A stretch of 41,112 nucleotides of DNA from an uncultured Clostridia bacterium. Its GTDB lineage: Bacteria > Bacillota > Clostridia > Oscillospirales > Acutalibacteraceae. Position 1 is the stretch's first letter, and every line of letters starts with the position of its first letter. This document shows positions 32,698-41,112 of this stretch, piece after piece. A program made the position numbers and the translations under genes. The notes under the pieces were generated by a model. That model was not told the DNA's origin and ran no database searches. It saw only the letters and a list, made by a program, of their open reading frames with translations. The DNA lies in NCBI GenBank assembly GCA_937897215.1, contig CALCBQ010000049.1:1-41112 (forward strand), in the 5' to 3' direction.

Positions 32698-32964
32698 TTA
32701 TTCGTCAAGCAAATTATGCTCTTTCATTTTCTTTATAAGATTTTCAACATCTGTTTTTACTCTTTCAACAGACACTCCGTAATCTTGTGAAATTTTATTC
32801 GCAATATCTTCAACAGAATTTGTGCCGTCAAGCATATTAAAAACATCTGCACCAACACTGTTAAATGTCATTACACCATTAAAATTAAGTTTTTGTTCTC
32901 CTGTTGCAATAACAATTTTTTCGCCTGCAACATCTTTAAGAATGTATCCATCTTTGATTTTCAT
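32698..32964 (-). CDS. PqqD-family protein (RiPP recognition element-like)
   Basis: 88 aa. The pattern LNSVGADVFNMLDGTNSVEDIANKISQDYGVSVERVKTDVENLIKKM is typical of PqqD/RRE proteins. There is an ATGA start/stop overlap with the upstream gene. Confidence 0.8.
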   Translation of the reverse strand: MKIKDGYILKDVAGEKIVIATGEQKLNFNGVMTFNSVGADVFNMLDGTNSVEDIANKISQDYGVSVERVKTDVENLIKKMKEHNLLDE

Positions 32965-33680
32965 TCTTTAATCAACCTTTCAATCTCGTTATAAGCCACT
33001 ATTGCCGCATCATCATCCATATTGCAACCTAATGAGAATACGGGGACTTCTGTTAAAAGTTTATCTGCAAGTTCAAGCATTTTTTCTGCAAGTTCTTTAC
33101 TGTTCGGTCTGATTGTCTGACTTAAAAGCATTCCTATGGCTTGAACTGTCGGCATTCTTTTAACTTCGTTCTTTTCACTTCTATGCAAAAAAACCAGAGC
33201 TCTTATAGGAACTTTCACATCAACATTTTCGTCGGTTTTCCCCGAAAAAGGCGTTCCGCAAGCATACCATTTGCCATTTTTAAGTACAAGTGCCGGTTTA
33301 TCGTCATTTATAATTCTTGTGCCTTCAAGATTTTTAAGCCACAAATGTGTATGTGTGGATTTTCCTGTTCCGCTTTTTGCAGAAAAAAGATATGCATATC
33401 CATCTTTTTCAACACAAGATGAGTGAAGCATCATACCGTCGTGTTTAAGTAATTCGTTGTAGAACGCTTCGCCTGTCCACATATATTCATGGTCATCAAG
33501 TGAAAGATGTGGCATTTCTTCTTTTTTCTGTCTGATGAAATCTTCTTTTACACTCAATCTAATCTGAACTTCATCATCAGAAAAATCCGCTTTGTAGGAT
33601 TTCGAACGGTCTTTGAGAAGTTTTCCGCGCACATAATATTCAGTTTTAAATCCTGCAATTATATACTTTTCCATTTTCAA
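32961..33680 (-). CDS. HPr-kinase-C-terminal-like P-loop protein (RiPP-cassette type, not HprK itself)
   Basis: MLHSSCVEKDGYAYLFSAKSGTGKSTHTHLW...IINDDKPAL...GTPFSGK resembles the HprK/PEPCK-like P-loop domain found next to PqqD proteins. It lacks the HprK N-terminal domain. The ORF-track start is TTG; an ATG at 33674 is an alternative. Confidence 0.6.
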   Translation of the reverse strand: MKMEKYIIAGFKTEYYVRGKLLKDRSKSYKADFSDDEVQIRLSVKEDFIRQKKEEMPHLSLDDHEYMWTGEAFYNELLKHDGMMLHSSCVEKDGYAYLFSAKSGTGKSTHTHLWLKNLEGTRIINDDKPALVLKNGKWYACGTPFSGKTDENVDVKVPIRALVFLHRSEKNEVKRMPTVQAIGMLLSQTIRPNSKELAEKMLELADKLLTEVPVFSLGCNMDDDAAIVAYNEIERLIKE

Positions 33681-33692
33681 AATCCAATCAAA

Positions 33693-35405
33693 TTATCGTT
33701 TCAAATAGTTCATAGGGTTAACATTTCTGCCGTTAACCTTAACTTCAAAGTGAAGATGAGCACCAGTAACATAACCTGTTGCGCCAATCTGACCGATTGC
33801 CTGACCTCTTACAACCTTTTGTCCTGAATAAACTCTTATTGAGCCCGCTTTCATATGACAATACATTGTTGAAAGTCCGTTAGCATGTTTAATCATAACT
33901 GTGCAGCCGCCCGAATTATACCAACCGGCATAAGTAACTGTACCCGACTCAGCCGCAACAACTGTACAACCAGAGCTACCGCCCGGACGGACAATATCGA
34001 TACCCGCATGCCAACCGTCGCCAAAGTTACGACGACCATATCCTGATGAAATTGAATAAGCACCAACTGCAGGCCACAAAAGACGACCGCCACCTGATAC
34101 AACTGCACCTGATGAGTAATTGTTCTTCTTTGTACCTACTTGTACTTTTTGGTCTGTCGGCTCACTGATTGTTGTTCGTGAAACCTCTTTTGTTGACACT
34201 CTTACACCGTCGATATAAGTTACAAGTTCCGTTACTTCCTGAACGCCGTTAACACCTTTTGTAACTGTCTTTTTGTCGCCGATATAAAGTTTATCTGTTT
34301 TTATTTCTACTGTCTTATAAGGGATTTCAACTTTTCTTGTTTCAGTTTTTGTTGTCTGAACTCGAAGAAAATTAACCTCGTTTGACAAAAGAATTTGCTG
34401 ACCTATATAAATATTTTCTTTAAGAGATGGGTTAAGATTGAAAATCTGTGAGGATTTCATACCGAATTTCTGGGCAATCTGAGAAACAGTATCCCCTGCC
34501 TGAACGGTATAGTAGCGTGCTTCACTTTTTTTAGAATTCAATTTTTCACTAAGGTATGCAGCGTCTTTTACTGTGGTTTCATTATCAGGATAAAGCCCTT
34601 GAACATATTCAATATTTTCAACAAAACTCACAACCGCATTTTCTTCGTCAGTTTCATGCTCTGCAAGAATACTGTCAAAAACGCTTAACGCGTCAGTTTC
34701 ATTTTTAACCGCACATACAAACTGGTTATCAATATAAATTCCGCAGGCATTTGTGATTTTACTGTCAGAATTCTTAATAAGTTTATCACAAATTTCAGAA
34801 GCATCGTTTATCTGACTTAACTTTACCGGTTTGATTTTATATTGTGCTTCGCCTATAAGTTCTGTTTCTTTGCCGTCATCTGTAACAACTGATGATGCGG
34901 CAGAAATATCAAGTCGCTCGTATGCCAACTCCCGTGCTTCTTTATATACTTCTTCATTCTGCACATAACCGATTGTTTTATCGTTGTAATTCACTTCAAG
35001 CGCAAAAGTAGTATCTGCCCACAATGTTGCCACATTAAGAAGAATAACAAAAGCCGCTACAGGTAATGCAAAATTAAGCACATAGACAAACGCTTTTCTA
35101 TAGCGTAAAGTTGCTTTTTTTACATAAGCCAAAAATTTCTTAAACCAGTTACCCTCAACTTTTGCCTGACTAAGTTTGTCAGAAACTTTTCGGGTGTCTT
35201 CAACCAAATCTTTTATTTCACTTACAATTTCGTGAAAGGTTTTAAGGGCAAATTTATCAATAAGAATAAACAATGTAAAAACAAGCGTAGCAATGGTCTT
35301 TATGGGTTTAAGCAATAAAGCCCACAGTCCCTTAAAGAATCTTTTGCCATATCTCAAGGTTTGAATTCCGATATAATATATTTGATTGTAAATGTTTTCG
35401 AACAT
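33693..35405 (-). CDS. Membrane-anchored M23 peptidoglycan metalloendopeptidase with LysM and G5 domains
   Basis: N-terminal TM helices. LysM (YYTVQAGDTVSQIAQKFGMKSSQIFNLNPSL...IYIGQQILL). G5 (TKGVNGVQEVTELVTYIDGVRVSTKEVSRTTISEPTDQKVQVGTKK). Intact M23 motifs HAGIDI and GAHLHFEV. Confidence 0.9.
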   Translation of the reverse strand: MFENIYNQIYYIGIQTLRYGKRFFKGLWALLLKPIKTIATLVFTLFILIDKFALKTFHEIVSEIKDLVEDTRKVSDKLSQAKVEGNWFKKFLAYVKKATLRYRKAFVYVLNFALPVAAFVILLNVATLWADTTFALEVNYNDKTIGYVQNEEVYKEARELAYERLDISAASSVVTDDGKETELIGEAQYKIKPVKLSQINDASEICDKLIKNSDSKITNACGIYIDNQFVCAVKNETDALSVFDSILAEHETDEENAVVSFVENIEYVQGLYPDNETTVKDAAYLSEKLNSKKSEARYYTVQAGDTVSQIAQKFGMKSSQIFNLNPSLKENIYIGQQILLSNEVNFLRVQTTKTETRKVEIPYKTVEIKTDKLYIGDKKTVTKGVNGVQEVTELVTYIDGVRVSTKEVSRTTISEPTDQKVQVGTKKNNYSSGAVVSGGGRLLWPAVGAYSISSGYGRRNFGDGWHAGIDIVRPGGSSGCTVVAAESGTVTYAGWYNSGGCTVMIKHANGLSTMYCHMKAGSIRVYSGQKVVRGQAIGQIGATGYVTGAHLHFEVKVNGRNVNPMNYLKR

Positions 35406-35461
35406 AACAATTCCTCAATTTCTTATCTGTAAACAGACATAAAAATCCAATATATAGCCGA

Positions 35462-35490
35462 ATTATACCACAAAAGAATGAAAAAGGCAA
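35462..35490 (-). promoter_or_regulatory. Candidate promoter of the M23 / P-loop / PqqD / ABC operon
   Basis: Minus strand reads TTGCCT, a 17-nt spacer, then TGgTATAAT (extended -10). It lies ~55 nt upstream of the M23 ATG. Confidence 0.5.
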
Positions 35491-35621
35491 GTTACAGTTA
35501 TTGCCTTTAATATACTATAATAAATATATATTTTTTCTAAATATTCATTTACTTTTTTGATGTGTTGTTGTATAATGACTATAATTGTATAAATATGCAC
35601 ATTTTTTAAGGGGCGAAGGAA

Positions 35622-36482
35622 ATGAAAAAAGGTACAAAAAGATTTTTAGGTTTTGCAATTCCAACAACAATCACAACAGCTCTTGCGATTGCTGCAAGAA
35701 AAAAGTATGTTGATATCCGTTACGGCGCAAAAAACGCAAAAGATACTCTTAAATTCAGCGAATCAGTTGAAACTGAAGCACCTGAAGTTCATCTTACAGC
35801 ACACAGAGGACTTTCTTCTGTTTGTCCTGAAAACACAATCGAAGCGTTCAAAGAGGCAGCAAAATACAACTATTACGCTCTTGAATGTGATGTTCACTGC
35901 ACAACTGACGGCAAATGGGTAATTATCCACGACTATATGCTTCAGTCAATGTGTGAAGAAAAAGGCGACGTAAAGACTATGTCTTACGATGAAAAACTTT
36001 CAAAAATCAGATTTACAAACGGTGCTAACATCAAAGATTATCCTGATGCTCGCCCTTGCCTTGTTGAGGAATTTATTGAAATTTGCAAAGAGGCAAACAT
36101 TAAACCAATGATTGAAGTTAAAGATAAGAGAATTGACAAGGTTGAATCTCTTTACAAAATCATTTGTGATTACGGAATTGAAGACGATGTTATTCTCATT
36201 TCATTCCATAAAGAAGTGCTTCGTGAATTCAGAAAGCTTTCTCCTAATATGGAATTATGGCTTCTTGTTCACACTATTACTGATGAAAAAATTCTTGAAT
36301 GTATTGAAAACGGTAATGGTGTTGCTTTTGAGGCAAAAAGAAGCAACTCTGAAACAATTCAAAAAATTCACGACGCTAACCTTACAGCTGCTTGCTGGAC
36401 AGTTGACACAAAAGAAATGCTTAACGAAATGATTAAAAATGGCGTTAAGTACATTACAACAAACGCTATACTTCCTGAATAA
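35622..36482 (+). CDS. Glycerophosphodiester phosphodiesterase (GDPD family), membrane-anchored
   Basis: N-terminal TM helix and GDPD motifs HRGLSSVCPENTIEAFKEA, ALECDVHCTTDGKWVIIHD and MIEVK. Confidence 0.9.
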   Translation: MKKGTKRFLGFAIPTTITTALAIAARKKYVDIRYGAKNAKDTLKFSESVETEAPEVHLTAHRGLSSVCPENTIEAFKEAAKYNYYALECDVHCTTDGKWVIIHDYMLQSMCEEKGDVKTMSYDEKLSKIRFTNGANIKDYPDARPCLVEEFIEICKEANIKPMIEVKDKRIDKVESLYKIICDYGIEDDVILISFHKEVLREFRKLSPNMELWLLVHTITDEKILECIENGNGVAFEAKRSNSETIQKIHDANLTAACWTVDTKEMLNEMIKNGVKYITTNAILPE

Positions 36483-36506
36483 ATAAGAAATGAAGGAATG
36501 ATACGA

Positions 36507-36863
36507 ATGAAAAGATTTGAAGGTCTTTTATCTGCATCACCTGAAAAAAGATATAAAAACTTTATAAGTACAGTTGTTGACCGTGAGGAAGTATGGATTT
36601 TATCAAACGAAAATGGTTATGCAACTTATGATGATGAAAATTATACCAACTTGCTTATTTGGCCTGAAAAACAGTTTGCAGAAATGTTTGCCGATGGAGA
36701 TAATGCGGTATCAATAGAAATACACAATTTCTGTCAACGTTGCAAAGAAATGCTCAATAATAATATAGGATTTTTAGTTTTCTATAACGGGCAGGATGCT
36801 TATTGGGCTGACGCAAATAAGATTTTGAACGATATACAAGAAGAATTAAGTTTAGTTGAATAA
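36507..36863 (+). CDS. DUF2750-like hypothetical protein
   Basis: YKNFISTVVDREEVWILSNENGYATYDDEN...LLIWPEKQFAE is similar to DUF2750. The ATG at 36507 has GAAGGA 9 nt upstream; the ORF-track ATG at 36498 abuts the Shine-Dalgarno. Confidence 0.65.
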   Translation: MKRFEGLLSASPEKRYKNFISTVVDREEVWILSNENGYATYDDENYTNLLIWPEKQFAEMFADGDNAVSIEIHNFCQRCKEMLNNNIGFLVFYNGQDAYWADANKILNDIQEELSLVE

Positions 36864-36910
36864 TCCACGGGTCGTCGACAATGCCGACCCCTACGAAGAG
36901 GTTTATATAA

Positions 36911-38566
36911 ATGACAGACTGCAAAAAAATTGCTGAACTTATTTTTAGCGATGTGGACAAGTCCACAGACTATTATGAAGAGCTTTACCCTGCAAGAAAT
37001 CTTCCTGAGGGTGCAAGAGTAACAAGATTTGCTCCAAGTCCAACAGGGTACTTGCATTTTGGCGGACTTTATGCAGGTTTCGCATCAAAGCTCACAGCAC
37101 AAACTACTGACGGCGTATTTATGCTCCGTATTGAAGACACCGACAAGAAACGTGAAGTTGAAGACGGTGTTACAGGTATTGTAACAGGTCTTAAGGCATT
37201 CGGTGTTTCCCCTGACGAGGGTGTTACAGGATTCAGTACAGAATACGGCAACTATGGTCCTTACACACAAAGTCATCGTCGTGCAATATACCGTACATTC
37301 GCTAAAAAGTTAATGGAAGAAGGCAAGGCATACCCTTGTTTCTGTACCCCGGAAGACCTTGATGAAATCCGTGCAAAACAAGAAAATGAAGATATTAAAG
37401 GTTACTACGGCGCTTATGCAAAATGCAGAGATTTAAGCGACGACGAAATAATTGAAAAAATCAACGCAGGTGTTCCTTACACAGTTAGACTTCGTTCAAT
37501 CGGCGATATTTCAAGAAAAATTAAGTTTGACGATATGATTAAGGGCAAAATTGAAATGAGCGAAAATGTGAATGATGTTGTTATCTTAAAGGCTGACGGA
37601 ATTCCAACTTACCATTTTGCTCACGCTATTGACGACCACTTAATGCACACAACTCATGTTGTTCGTGGCGACGAATGGATTGCTTCAGTTCCACTTCATA
37701 TTGAACTTTTCAGAGCTTGTGGATTTAAGCCTGTTAAATACGCTCACATAGCCCCTATTATGAAAGAAGAAAACGGTGGTAAGCGTAAACTTTCAAAGAG
37801 AAAAGACCCTGAGGCAAATGTTTCATACTACATTGAAAAAGGTTACCCTGAAGCATCTGTTAAAGAATATATGCTTACAATTCTCAACTCAAACTTTGAG
37901 GAATGGAGAAAGGCAAACAAAACGGAAGATATCAGTAAATTCCCATTCAACCTTAAAAAGATGAGCGTTTCAGGTGCACTTTTTGATATGGTTAAATTCA
38001 ACGATGTATCAAAAAATGTTATTTCTGTTATGACTGCAAAAGAAGTTTATAAACTTGTTACAGATTGGGCAATGGATTACAACGAAGTGCTTTACGCACT
38101 CTTTGTTGATGATAAAGAAAAAGCAACTGCTATTCTTAACATTGACCGTGATAACCCAAAGCCAAGAAAAGATATTGCTTGTTGGGAAGAAGTAGAAAAC
38201 TACGTTTCATTCTTCTATAACGAACTTTATGATGCAGATTACACTCTTCCTGAACACATAAACCGTGCCGATGCAGTTGAAATCCTTACAAAGTATAAGG
38301 AAATCTATTCTGCAAACGATACAAAGGAAGAATGGTTCAATAAAATCAAAGAGCTTTGTTCTGCGTGCGGATTTACTCCTAATGTTAAGGAGTATAAGCA
38401 AAATCCTGATGCATTCAAAGGTCATGTTGGTGATGTTTCAACAGTTATTCGTGTTGCAGTTACTTCTCGCACAAATACCCCTGATTTGTATTACATTATG
38501 CAAATTTTAGGTGTAGATGAAGTGATGAACAGAATTGACAATGCGATAAATTCATATAAAGCATAA
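36911..38566 (+). CDS. gltX: Glutamate--tRNA ligase (long form, HIGH variant HFGG)
   Basis: Class I signature RFAPSPTGYLHFGG and KLSKRK (KMSKS-type), with a GluRS-type core (RIEDTD, HLMHTTHVVRGDEWI). Confidence 0.9.
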   Translation: MTDCKKIAELIFSDVDKSTDYYEELYPARNLPEGARVTRFAPSPTGYLHFGGLYAGFASKLTAQTTDGVFMLRIEDTDKKREVEDGVTGIVTGLKAFGVSPDEGVTGFSTEYGNYGPYTQSHRRAIYRTFAKKLMEEGKAYPCFCTPEDLDEIRAKQENEDIKGYYGAYAKCRDLSDDEIIEKINAGVPYTVRLRSIGDISRKIKFDDMIKGKIEMSENVNDVVILKADGIPTYHFAHAIDDHLMHTTHVVRGDEWIASVPLHIELFRACGFKPVKYAHIAPIMKEENGGKRKLSKRKDPEANVSYYIEKGYPEASVKEYMLTILNSNFEEWRKANKTEDISKFPFNLKKMSVSGALFDMVKFNDVSKNVISVMTAKEVYKLVTDWAMDYNEVLYALFVDDKEKATAILNIDRDNPKPRKDIACWEEVENYVSFFYNELYDADYTLPEHINRADAVEILTKYKEIYSANDTKEEWFNKIKELCSACGFTPNVKEYKQNPDAFKGHVGDVSTVIRVAVTSRTNTPDLYYIMQILGVDEVMNRIDNAINSYKA

Positions 38567-38578
38567 AGAGGCAAAACT

Positions 38579-40243
38579 ATGGACGAAATTATTACAACTA
38601 CTTCAAATTTTATACACGATTTCATTGATGAAGACCTTAAAAACGGTGTATATAACAAAGTGCAGACTCGTTTTCCACCTGAGCCAAACGGTTATCTTCA
38701 CATTGGCCACGCTAAAGCTATCTGCATTAACTTCAGCACATCAAACAAATACAAAGGCGAATGTAATCTTCGACTTGATGATACTAATCCACAAAAAGAA
38801 GATACAGAATATATTGATGCTATCAAAGAAGATATTGAATGGCTTGGCTTTAAGTGGAACAAGTGTCTTTTTGCATCAAGCTATTTTGATTACATCTATG
38901 AATGTGCAGTTAAACTTATTGAAAAAGGTCTTGCTTATGTTGATGACCTTACTGCTGACGAAATCAGAGAATACCGTGGCACTCTTACAGAACCGGGCAA
39001 AAACAGCCCTTACAGAGAAAGAAGCATTGAAGAAAACCTTGATTTATTCAAGAGAATGACTGACGGCGAGTTTCCTAACGGTGCAAGAGTACTTCGTGCA
39101 AAAATCGATATGGCAGCATCTAACATTAATATGCGCGACCCCGTTATTTACAGAATTGCTCACGTGCCACATCACCAGACAGGCGACAAATGGTGTGTTT
39201 ACCCAATGTATGACTTTGCACACCCATTGTCAGACGCAAAAGAAGGCGTTACACACTCTCTTTGCTCACTTGAATTTGAAAATCACAGACCACTTTATGA
39301 CTGGTTCTTACAGGCACTTGATATAGAAACGCCACCAAGACAGATTGAGTTTGCTCGTCTTAACCTTAACTATTGCCTTACAAGTAAGAGAAAATGCTTA
39401 GCACTTGTAAACGAAGGCATTGTTGATGGTTGGAACGACCCACGAATGGCTACTCTCAGCGGTATGAGAAGACGTGGCTATACACCACAAGCGATTCGCA
39501 ATTTCTGTGAAAAAATCGGTGTTTCAAAAGCATATTCAGTAGTTGATTACGGTCTTCTTGAATCTTGTGTACGTGATGACCTTAATGCGAACGCTCCAAG
39601 AGCTATGGCAGTTCTTCGTCCGCTTAAAGTTGTTATTGATAACTACCCCGAAGACAAGACAGAAACACTTGAGGTTGAAATTCATCCTGAACACCCTGAA
39701 ATGGGTACTCGTAAAGTTACATTCGGCAAAACTTTGTATGTTGAGCAAGAAGACTTTATGGTTGAACCTGTTAAAAAGTATTTCAGACTTTTCCCAGGTA
39801 ATGAAGTTCGTCTTAAGAGTGCATACTTCGTTAAGTGTGTCGGCTATGATGCAGACGAAAATGGTAATGTTACTTGTGTTCACTGTACTTATGACCCTGA
39901 AAGCCGCGGCGGTAATTCCCCTGACGGAAGGAAGGTTAAAGGTACACTTCATTGGGTAAGTGAAGCAGACTCATTTAAAGCAGAAGTTCGTCTTTATGAC
40001 AGACTTTTCAATAAGGAAAATCCATCTGACGAATCTGCCGGTGCGTTCACAGAAAATCTTAATCCTGATTCACTTGTTGTTCTTAAAGATTGTCTTATTG
40101 AAGGTGGTCTTAAAGATGGTCTTAAGGCTGGAGATACTTTCCAGTTTATGCGTCAGGGTTATTTCTGCGTAGATATTACATCAACTGAAGATAATATTGT
40201 ATTTAACCGTACAGTACAGCTTAACTCTTCTTGGGGGAAATAA
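38579..40243 (+). CDS. glnS: Glutamine--tRNA ligase
   Basis: [16 protein letters not shown] (HIGH), LTSKRK (KMSKS-type), [10 protein letters not shown], and a C-terminal beta-barrel anticodon-binding domain (TLHWVS...[12 protein letters not shown]) typical of GlnRS. Confidence 0.95.
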   Translation: MDEIITTTSNFIHDFIDEDLKNGVYNKVQTRFPPEPNGYLHIGHAKAICINFSTSNKYKGECNLRLDDTNPQKEDTEYIDAIKEDIEWLGFKWNKCLFASSYFDYIYECAVKLIEKGLAYVDDLTADEIREYRGTLTEPGKNSPYRERSIEENLDLFKRMTDGEFPNGARVLRAKIDMAASNINMRDPVIYRIAHVPHHQTGDKWCVYPMYDFAHPLSDAKEGVTHSLCSLEFENHRPLYDWFLQALDIETPPRQIEFARLNLNYCLTSKRKCLALVNEGIVDGWNDPRMATLSGMRRRGYTPQAIRNFCEKIGVSKAYSVVDYGLLESCVRDDLNANAPRAMAVLRPLKVVIDNYPEDKTETLEVEIHPEHPEMGTRKVTFGKTLYVEQEDFMVEPVKKYFRLFPGNEVRLKSAYFVKCVGYDADENGNVTCVHCTYDPESRGGNSPDGRKVKGTLHWVSEADSFKAEVRLYDRLFNKENPSDESAGAFTENLNPDSLVVLKDCLIEGGLKDGLKAGDTFQFMRQGYFCVDITSTEDNIVFNRTVQLNSSWGK

Positions 40244-40246
40244 ATT

Positions 40247-40948
40247 ATGAGTAAAAAGAATAAAATCAAACAAAAGACAACCGGGTTTGACATTGTTTAC
40301 CGTGTTGTTACTGCAGTAATTGCGGTAGCTATGTACCCTATGTTCTATTTTGCAAACTTATTTACAATTGAAATCAGACACACACAGATTTCAGACTGGC
40401 TTAACAAGCTTAACGGTGGAGATACTCTTCATGTAACACATGAATCATTCTCACTTGCTACAATGTCTAAATGGGTTGAAGCTCTTTCAAAATTCACAAA
40501 TGATAATTTTGATTTCAAAACAAACATTTTACAGAATTCAACATTCACACCAATTGTTGTTGCTGTCGTTTTTGTTGCTATCGCGTTGGTTATTGGTCTT
40601 GTGATAATCGGTTTTGCTGCATTCTCTAACAAAACAAAGGTTGTTATTGGTCTTTCTGCCACAGGATTTTTAAGCACAGTTGCTTCAAATATCTCATTTG
40701 GTGTTTTTGCAAAACCAATAATTTCAGGAGATGTAACTCTTGCTAAACTATTTGATATAGATGGTATTATCGCTTCTCAAATTATTAGTTTGTTGGGCGA
40801 AGTTTCTATTTTCACACTTGATACTGCATTCTATGCCGTTATGTTCTCAATGCTTGCTATTCTTATCTGGTCTGCTTCTGTTCTTGTTGTAAACAAGAGC
40901 GAAGAAAAAGAAAAAGCTATGAAAGAAGCAGCAAGAAAAAACAGATAA
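40247..40948 (+). CDS. Multi-pass membrane protein of unknown function
   Basis: 233 aa with at least four hydrophobic helices and a Lys/Glu-rich tail. It starts 3 nt after the glnS stop. Confidence 0.7.
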   Translation: MSKKNKIKQKTTGFDIVYRVVTAVIAVAMYPMFYFANLFTIEIRHTQISDWLNKLNGGDTLHVTHESFSLATMSKWVEALSKFTNDNFDFKTNILQNSTFTPIVVAVVFVAIALVIGLVIIGFAAFSNKTKVVIGLSATGFLSTVASNISFGVFAKPIISGDVTLAKLFDIDGIIASQIISLLGEVSIFTLDTAFYAVMFSMLAILIWSASVLVVNKSEEKEKAMKEAARKNR

Positions 40949-40967
40949 ATTTTAAATGTAATACTCG

Positions 40968-41000
40968 AAAAGCCATTGGAATTTTCCAATGGCTTTTTTG
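40968..41000 (+). terminator. Intrinsic terminator after the membrane-protein gene
   Basis: GCCATTGGA-attt-TCCAATGGC followed by TTTTTTG. Confidence 0.75.
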
Positions 41001-41040
41001 TTGGTTTGTTAAAGTTTCTTTTCAAATGCTTTTATTTAAA

Positions 41041-41112
41041 CAAATTGGAGTTTGTCTAACTCAATTCGTAATGCGTAATTCGGAATTCGTAATTTCCCCC
41101 CTCAGTCGCTTC
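41041..41112. mobile_element. Second copy of the MITE-like element, truncated by the window edge
   Basis: CAAATTGGAGTTTGTCTAACTCAATTCGTAATGCGTAATTCGGAATTCGTAATTTCCCCCCTCAGTCGCTTC matches 8631-8702 with a handful of differences by eye, in the same orientation. Confidence 0.55.

Noticed and set aside
32961-33680. Bona fide HPr kinase/phosphorylase (hprK)
   Set aside because: At 239 aa it lacks the HprK N-terminal domain. It is translationally coupled to a PqqD-like gene and an ABC exporter rather than sitting in the lgt/PTS context. I call it only HprK-C-terminal-like.
36864-36910. T-box or terminator element upstream of gltX (hairpin GGGTCG-10 nt-CGACCC)
   Set aside because: The spacer is only 47 nt, far too short for a T-box. 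The hairpin is weak and has no U-tract.
8651-41112. The direct repeat shared by 8631-8702 and 41041-41112, considered as att-like boundaries of a 32-kb genomic island
   Set aside because: Each repeat is the left end of its own TIR-bounded MITE-like unit. The interval contains core genes (gltX, glnS) and several independent operons with terminators. There is no integrase or tRNA.

Overview
This is a 41.1-kb window from a low-GC Firmicute. Codon usage (CTT, AGA, CCT) and the Thr/Glu-rich extracellular linkers suggest a Ruminococcaceae/Oscillospiraceae-like Clostridium, but that is inference only. Most genes lie on the minus strand. The left end (1-8 kb) is core. It holds the conserved dprA-topA-trmFO block, a TrmH-family methyltransferase, and the infC-rpmI-rplT operon with a consensus promoter, an L20-leader-type attenuator and a probable non-AUG infC start. 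An unexpected pair of tandem structured 59-nt repeats sits between rpmI and rplT. From 8 to 14.6 kb there is a divergent XRE/small-protein pair, a TIR-bounded MITE-like element (a second copy starts at the right window edge), a surface lipase, a lipoprotein, a membrane M28 peptidase and a VanY-like protein with substituted catalytic residues. The most interesting region is 14.6-25.4 kb. It appears to be one ~10.7-kb minus-strand operon with no obvious match to a characterised family. It encodes a bitopic membrane protein, a 1721-aa secreted giant, seven tandem paralogous ~150-165-aa secreted proteins, and a C-terminally membrane-anchored stalk protein. The giant's last ~113 aa are the same module as the small proteins. 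I saw no sortase, LPXTG motif, pilin motif or signal peptidase gene. I read this as a candidate new Sec-dependent surface fibre or complex, organised like (and perhaps remotely related to) the WxL/Csc clusters of Lactobacillales. The right part (25.4-41 kb) holds an HTH/small-protein/NfeD/SPFH operon, a MATE exporter, a fused Wzz-BY-kinase with a (GY)9 tail, and an M23 peptidase operon. That operon carries an orphan RRE(PqqD)/HprK-like P-loop/ABC-exporter module with no visible precursor or maturase. Further right are a GDPD, a DUF2750-like protein, gltX-glnS and a membrane protein. I saw no rRNA, tRNA, CRISPR array, transposase or integrase. All homology calls come from reading motifs in the supplied translations; no searches were run.
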